DNA from: a candidate division WWE3 bacterium GW2011_GWC2_41_23
Lineage (GTDB): Bacteria; Patescibacteriota; WWE3; UBA101185; UBA10185
DNA length: 64,000 nt
Direction: 5' to 3'
Assembly: GCA_000996895.1 (NCBI GenBank)
Contig: LCBB01000003.1
Coordinates: 3,659-67,658, forward strand
The notes below the pieces were generated by a model, which saw nothing but the letters and a program-made list of their open reading frames with translations, was not told where the DNA came from and did no database searches. Below, one piece after another: positions 59,472 to 64,000 of the stretch (position 1 is the first letter of the stretch; the number at the start of each line of letters is the position of its first letter). Made by a program: the position numbers and the translations under genes.

Positions 59472-60545
59472 ATGAAACTTAACGCAACACAATTATTAGA
59501 AAGAGTCGTATCTTTGAATGCTTCGGATTTACACGTGTCGGTGGGGAGTAAACCTTACGTTAGGGTCAAAACTGTTCTTTCGTTGCTTGAGGATTTTGAT
59601 GTACTTACCGTTGATGATGTTGAGTACTTTCTTTCACAAATATTAGATACCCAGCAACGGGAAGTTTTGGAAGTAAATAAAGAACTGGATTTTTCTGTTG
59701 CTCTTGGAACAAAAGCCAGGTTTAGGGTAAATGCTTTTTTCCAAAAAGGATATCCTTCGGCTGCTCTGCGACACATACCTATGTCGGTTCCTTCACTCGA
59801 GGAATTAAATCTACCTCCGTACTTAATGAATTTGTGTCAGCTGAAATCGGGATTGATATTAGTTGTGGGACCTACCGGACACGGTAAATCTACCACTATC
59901 GCTTCAATGATAGACAAAATAAATGAAGGCCGGGCCGAACACATACTGACGGTTGAAGATCCTATCGAATACATTTTTGCAAATAAAAAATCCTTAGTTG
60001 AGCAGAGAGAAATGTTTTTGGATACTCACGATTGGACAGTCGCTCTTAAATCTATGTTACGACAAGATCCTAACGTCATTCTAATCGGTGAAATGAGAGA
60101 TTCGGAAACAATTTCTTCCGCGCTGGAGATTGCGGAAACAGGCCACTTGGTTTTTGCAACTTTACACACGAACTCCGCTTCTCAAACTGTTGAAAGAATC
60201 GTTTCTTCGTTTGCATCTGAAAAACAGAATGAAGTAAGAGTCCAACTTTCGCAGGTGCTTGAAGTGGTCGTCTCTCAGAGACTAATACCCTCCCCCACTA
60301 AAGGTGTAGTTCCCGCCGTGGAAATAATGTTGGGTAGTGACGCAGTGCGAAATTTAATCCGTGAAGGTAAAGCTCACATGATAGATAATATTATCAACAC
60401 AAGCTCCCAAGTAGGAATGGTCAGTTTAGACAGATCAATTGCATATTTGGTTAACAACGGACTTGTGGACTTCCAGGAAGGTATTAAGTACACCCTGAGA
60501 CCTGAAGACTTCAGACGTTTGATAGACTCCAAGATGGTGAAGTAA
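59472..60545 (+). CDS. pilT: type IV pilus retraction ATPase PilT
   Basis: ASDLH, GPTGHGKST, EDPIEY, AETGHLVFATLHTN, AVRNLIRE. Confidence 0.94.
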   Translation: MKLNATQLLERVVSLNASDLHVSVGSKPYVRVKTVLSLLEDFDVLTVDDVEYFLSQILDTQQREVLEVNKELDFSVALGTKARFRVNAFFQKGYPSAALRHIPMSVPSLEELNLPPYLMNLCQLKSGLILVVGPTGHGKSTTIASMIDKINEGRAEHILTVEDPIEYIFANKKSLVEQREMFLDTHDWTVALKSMLRQDPNVILIGEMRDSETISSALEIAETGHLVFATLHTNSASQTVERIVSSFASEKQNEVRVQLSQVLEVVVSQRLIPSPTKGVVPAVEIMLGSDAVRNLIREGKAHMIDNIINTSSQVGMVSLDRSIAYLVNNGLVDFQEGIKYTLRPEDFRRLIDSKMVK

Positions 60546-60547
60546 GC

Positions 60548-61750
60548 ATGGCAATTTATACATACACAGCTAAAAACATGGCGGGAAAAACAGTCGGCGG
60601 AACTGTTGACGCACGAACCAAAGATCTCGCTGTGTCTCTTCTAAAGGGACAGGGAATGTACGTTATATCCATTCAGGAAAAGAAAGAAACTATTTTTGAC
60701 ACCTTTTTGAATTTCCGCGGGGTTTCCCAGACCGATGTCGTGACTTTTACGCGTCAGTTTTCTACTATGATTTCGGCAGGGCTTCCTATTTCACGCGCCC
60801 TGGAAGTGTTGGCTGCTCAAACGCAGAGTCAGAATTTTAAAAAAGTTATTTACGATATTTTAAGAAATGTTGAAGGGGGCGCCTCTCTTTCTACAGCACT
60901 CGGGAGATATCCGGAGGTGTTTTCTATTACCTACCAGGCATTGGTTAAAGCAGGAGAATCTTCAGGAAAAATGGACATCATTTTAAAAAGACTGGCCGAT
61001 AATATGGAGGCTCAACGGGATCTGAACTCCAGATTTAAAGGCGCAATGATATATCCGATGGTTGTTATGATAGCTATGGTAGGTGTGTTCGTAGTCCTCA
61101 TGGTTTTTGTTGTCCCGCAACTTGCCGAAATGTACAAGAGTATGGATGTTGAACTTCCTCCGGTGACGCAACTAATGATTTCAACATCGGACTTTATGGT
61201 TAAAAATATCATATTGTTAGCTATCGCTACAGCAGCTGCTGTTCTTGTGATTAGATACTACGCAAAAAGTGAAAAAGGAAAGTATTATATGGCGGAGTTG
61301 GTGATGAGACTTCCTGTTTTCGGGAAAATTAATAAGGACAAGGATTTTGCGCAGTTTAGCAAAACATTGGCTTTGCTAATTAATTCTGCAGTACCCATTG
61401 TCGAGGCGTTAGGTATAGTGTCAACTGTTATGTCCAGCCCTACCTTTAGACTAGAAGTATTAAACGCTGCGAGACAAGTCGAAAAAGGAACGTCACTTTC
61501 CAGTTTTTTTAAATCTTCTGAACACTTCCCTCCTCTTTTATCGCAAATGGCAAACGTTGGAGAAGAGACCGGTAAGATGGATGAGGTCTTAGACCGTGTC
61601 GCTACTTATTACGAGGGTGAAGTGGACAATAAAGTAAAAGGATTGTCAGCGGCACTTGAGCCTATCATACTTGTTATATTGGGTGTGATGGTGGGGTTTT
61701 TGATTATCTCGATAATCACACCTATCTATAAGATTACACAGTCTATTTAA
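60548..61750 (+). CDS. pilC: type IV pilus platform protein PilC
   Basis: FTRQFSTM.SAGLP, AGESSG, AMIYP, GEETG, ALEP. Confidence 0.94.
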   Translation: MAIYTYTAKNMAGKTVGGTVDARTKDLAVSLLKGQGMYVISIQEKKETIFDTFLNFRGVSQTDVVTFTRQFSTMISAGLPISRALEVLAAQTQSQNFKKVIYDILRNVEGGASLSTALGRYPEVFSITYQALVKAGESSGKMDIILKRLADNMEAQRDLNSRFKGAMIYPMVVMIAMVGVFVVLMVFVVPQLAEMYKSMDVELPPVTQLMISTSDFMVKNIILLAIATAAAVLVIRYYAKSEKGKYYMAELVMRLPVFGKINKDKDFAQFSKTLALLINSAVPIVEALGIVSTVMSSPTFRLEVLNAARQVEKGTSLSSFFKSSEHFPPLLSQMANVGEETGKMDEVLDRVATYYEGEVDNKVKGLSAALEPIILVILGVMVGFLIISIITPIYKITQSI

Positions 61751-61797
61751 GCAGTTGGTATTTTATTGAGTGAGGAGGTGAAAAGATAAAAACTAAT

Positions 61798-62307
61798 ATG
61801 AGAAAACAAAAAGGTTTTACACTAGTTGAACTTTTGGTTGTTATCGCAATCATCGGTATCTTAGCAGGTGCTTTGTTGGTTGCTATTAATCCTCAGTCGA
61901 TGATCATGAAATCAAACGATGCAAAAAGACTGTCTGATATCGACTCTTTGACTAAAGCAATTAACCTGGCACTAACAGAACAGGAGATTACATTAGGTGT
62001 GACCGGAACTTGTGCGGATTGTACAAGTAATACCGGCGACAGAGATCTCGACGGTTTGGGTTGGGTGAAATACACTATCCCGACAGGAAAGGTCGGACTT
62101 TCAAGGTTTGTTGCCGTGTTACCAATCGATCCGGTTAATGACACAGTTAACGCAGTCGCGCACGTTTACACTTTCGGGTCCTCAGCAACGGATTTTGAAG
62201 TTAACGTCGTATTGCAGCACGCAGATAATCTGTTGAAGATGAGTACGGACGGAGGAAATAACGCCAATGCTTACGAATCCGGTACGAGTTTATTGATACT
62301 TCCTTAG
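61798..62307 (+). CDS. type IV pilin (probable major pilin)
   Basis: KG|FTLVELLVVIAIIGIL; strong SD; own terminator. Confidence 0.92.
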   Translation: MRKQKGFTLVELLVVIAIIGILAGALLVAINPQSMIMKSNDAKRLSDIDSLTKAINLALTEQEITLGVTGTCADCTSNTGDRDLDGLGWVKYTIPTGKVGLSRFVAVLPIDPVNDTVNAVAHVYTFGSSATDFEVNVVLQHADNLLKMSTDGGNNANAYESGTSLLILP

Positions 62308-62330
62308 TTGGTTGCCGGCAATCAGCGAGA

Positions 62331-62356
62331 AAGGCTCTCTTATGGGAGCCTTTTTT
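62331..62356 (+). terminator. intrinsic terminator after pilin
   Basis: aaggctctc-ttat-gggagcctt then T-run. Confidence 0.75.
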
Positions 62357-62392
62357 GTTGTGGAATCGTAAAAAAAGTGCGAGAATTTCCTA

Positions 62393-63283
62393 ATGGTGCT
62401 GACGTTTCTCAACCTCGGAATTATTTTTATTTTCGGAGCAGTTCTCGGTTCTTTTTTGAATCTTGTTTCAGACCGTGTTGTTAAAGGTGAAAAAATAGTT
62501 GCTAGTCACTCAAGATGCGACAAGTGTGGTAAGGAATTAAAAGCTTTAAATCTGATTCCGGTAATTTCATTTTTGGTGCAGAGGGGAAAGTGTTCGTTTT
62601 GTAAAACAGGGCTTTCCTGGTACTACCCTTTTTCCGAGATATTGGCCGGATTTTTATTGGTTTTGGCAGCAATACTATCCAAATTTTCCGTGGTTGATTC
62701 TTTTTCAATCGATTCGTTAATAGGTTTTCTTTTCTTAGTTATTGTGTTTTCATTTTTTGAAATTCTTTTACTCGCGGATCTTAAGTACTTATTAATTCCC
62801 GATAAAATAGTAGTGCCTGCAATAATTTTTGTTGCGTTTTTTCACATATCAACGACGGTGGCTAATTTATATGATTACCGCAATAGATTACAGAACGATG
62901 ATTTCGGAAGGTACCTTCTTAAAGCAGGTTTTTTTGAAAACCAGGTTGGGACAGCTTTACGGGCGCTGGGTTTTAATTTTGGATCTGCTATAGCTATAGC
63001 TCTATTTTTTCTATTTATAGTTTGGGTAACACGCGGCAGGGGTATGGGCGGCGGGGACATCAGGCTTGGTCTATTGGTAGGACTTGTAAACGGATTTCCT
63101 TACAATCTACTGGCAGTGTTTTTGGGATTTTTTATAGGCGCGGTTGTCAGTATAGGTTTAGTAATAACACATAAAAAGACGCTAAAAAGTGTGGTACCAT
63201 TCGGGCCATTTCTTATTTTGGGAAGCTTAATATGTTTTGTCTGGGGGGCTGAAATCTTAAACTGGTATTTCAACTTGTTTTAG
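62393..63283 (+). CDS. pilD: prepilin peptidase
   Basis: GSFLN, S.C..C, G.C..C, D....IPD, GMGGGD, PFGPFL. Confidence 0.93.
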   Translation: MVLTFLNLGIIFIFGAVLGSFLNLVSDRVVKGEKIVASHSRCDKCGKELKALNLIPVISFLVQRGKCSFCKTGLSWYYPFSEILAGFLLVLAAILSKFSVVDSFSIDSLIGFLFLVIVFSFFEILLLADLKYLLIPDKIVVPAIIFVAFFHISTTVANLYDYRNRLQNDDFGRYLLKAGFFENQVGTALRALGFNFGSAIAIALFFLFIVWVTRGRGMGGGDIRLGLLVGLVNGFPYNLLAVFLGFFIGAVVSIGLVITHKKTLKSVVPFGPFLILGSLICFVWGAEILNWYFNLF

Positions 63284-64000
63284 ACTGACCCCGAGCTTTT
63301 TAATTTTATTTTTCGGAAGTGTGATCCAAAAAGTGCTTCCCATTCCCATGCCTTCAGAGTCGGCTCCTACCATTCCCCCCATTCCGTGTATGTAAAGTTT
63401 TACTATGTACAGGCCTAATCCGGTACCGCCGGAGTCTGTTGCAATAGTATAGCTGTTATCGATTCTTCCGAATTTATGGAACAGTTTGGGAAGGTCTTTT
63501 TTGTCTATGCCGGATCCCGTGTCTTTAATAGAAATTCTGTAAAATTCTTCATACTCATCTATGGATATTGTTATAATTCCGTCTTTCGTAAATTTCACCG
63601 CATTTTCAACCAGGTTTGTGAAGACATCCCGGAGCTTTTCAGAATCGGCGTCCACAAGAATTTCAGTGGAAGGAGGATTAAATTCTATTTTTAAATTCTT
63701 CTCACCCACTCTGATATCGAAGTTGGATACAACATCTTTTATGGTGTTAATCAAATTGAGCTGGGTAATGGAGAAAGAAACTTTTTTTCTCTCAAATTTC
63801 GAAATATCCAACATGTCGTTTATTAATGAAATCATTCTCTGGGTGCCCACAAGAGCTTTGTTAAGGTACTCAAGTTGCTTTTGATTAAGCTTTCCGGCTT
63901 TTTGTTTTTCTAACATCCACAGGTAGCTTTTTACTATTGTCATTGGAGTTCTAAGCTCATGAGAGGCGACCGAAAGAAATTCGTCCTTTAGTGTATTTAG
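63257..64000 (-). CDS. sensor histidine kinase, C-terminal part (runs off window end)
   Basis: DEFLSVASHELRTP (read beyond the ORF track start), NLVENAVKFT, DTGSGI, GGTGLGL. Confidence 0.93.
   Translation of the reverse strand, partial: LNTLKDEFLSVASHELRTPMTIVKSYLWMLEKQKAGKLNQKQLEYLNKALVGTQRMISLINDMLDISKFERKKVSFSITQLNLINTIKDVVSNFDIRVGEKNLKIEFNPPSTEILVDADSEKLRDVFTNLVENAVKFTKDGIITISIDEYEEFYRISIKDTGSGIDKKDLPKLFHKFGRIDNSYTIATDSGGTGLGLYIVKLYIHGMGGMVGADSEGMGMGSTFWITLPKNKIKKLGVSLKQVEIPV

Noticed and set aside
1-64000. Alternative genetic code (UGA = Gly)
   Set aside because: Conserved genes are intact under code 11 and several end correctly at TGA (tsf, rpsF, ychF, cysS)

Overview
Gene-dense chromosomal segment of a reduced-genome CPR/Patescibacteria bacterium (Microgenomates/WWE3-like by gene content and shortened housekeeping proteins; this is inference, and TGA is used as a stop). 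Most of it is housekeeping: translation (rpmB, fmt, def, rpsB-tsf-frr, rpsU, pth, cysS, ychF, rpsF-ssb-rpsR, prfA, rpmE, efp), replication/repair (topA, dnaX, recR, dnaB, ruvC, xer, rnhB, gyrA/gyrB, holB), a type IV pilus locus, proteases, a membrane pyrophosphatase, two tRNAs and several large secreted proteins. The highlight is a ~1.9 kb integrase-less islet bounded by a 28-bp duplication of the tRNA-Thr 3' end (238-2190). It carries a compact graspetide-type RiPP cluster: an unannotated 39-aa Cys/Thr/Asp-rich precursor with its own promoter and SD, a hairpin attenuator, an MvdC/MvdD-type ATP-grasp ligase and a DUF6624-like gene. Also notable: a near-palindromic 28-bp dif-like site next to a single Xer recombinase, an in-frame Lgt-like/DksA fusion, structured repeats carrying tRNA 5' ends, pervasive leaderless-type starts, and three short deletions in essential genes (topA, ssb, efp) that probably reflect assembly errors.
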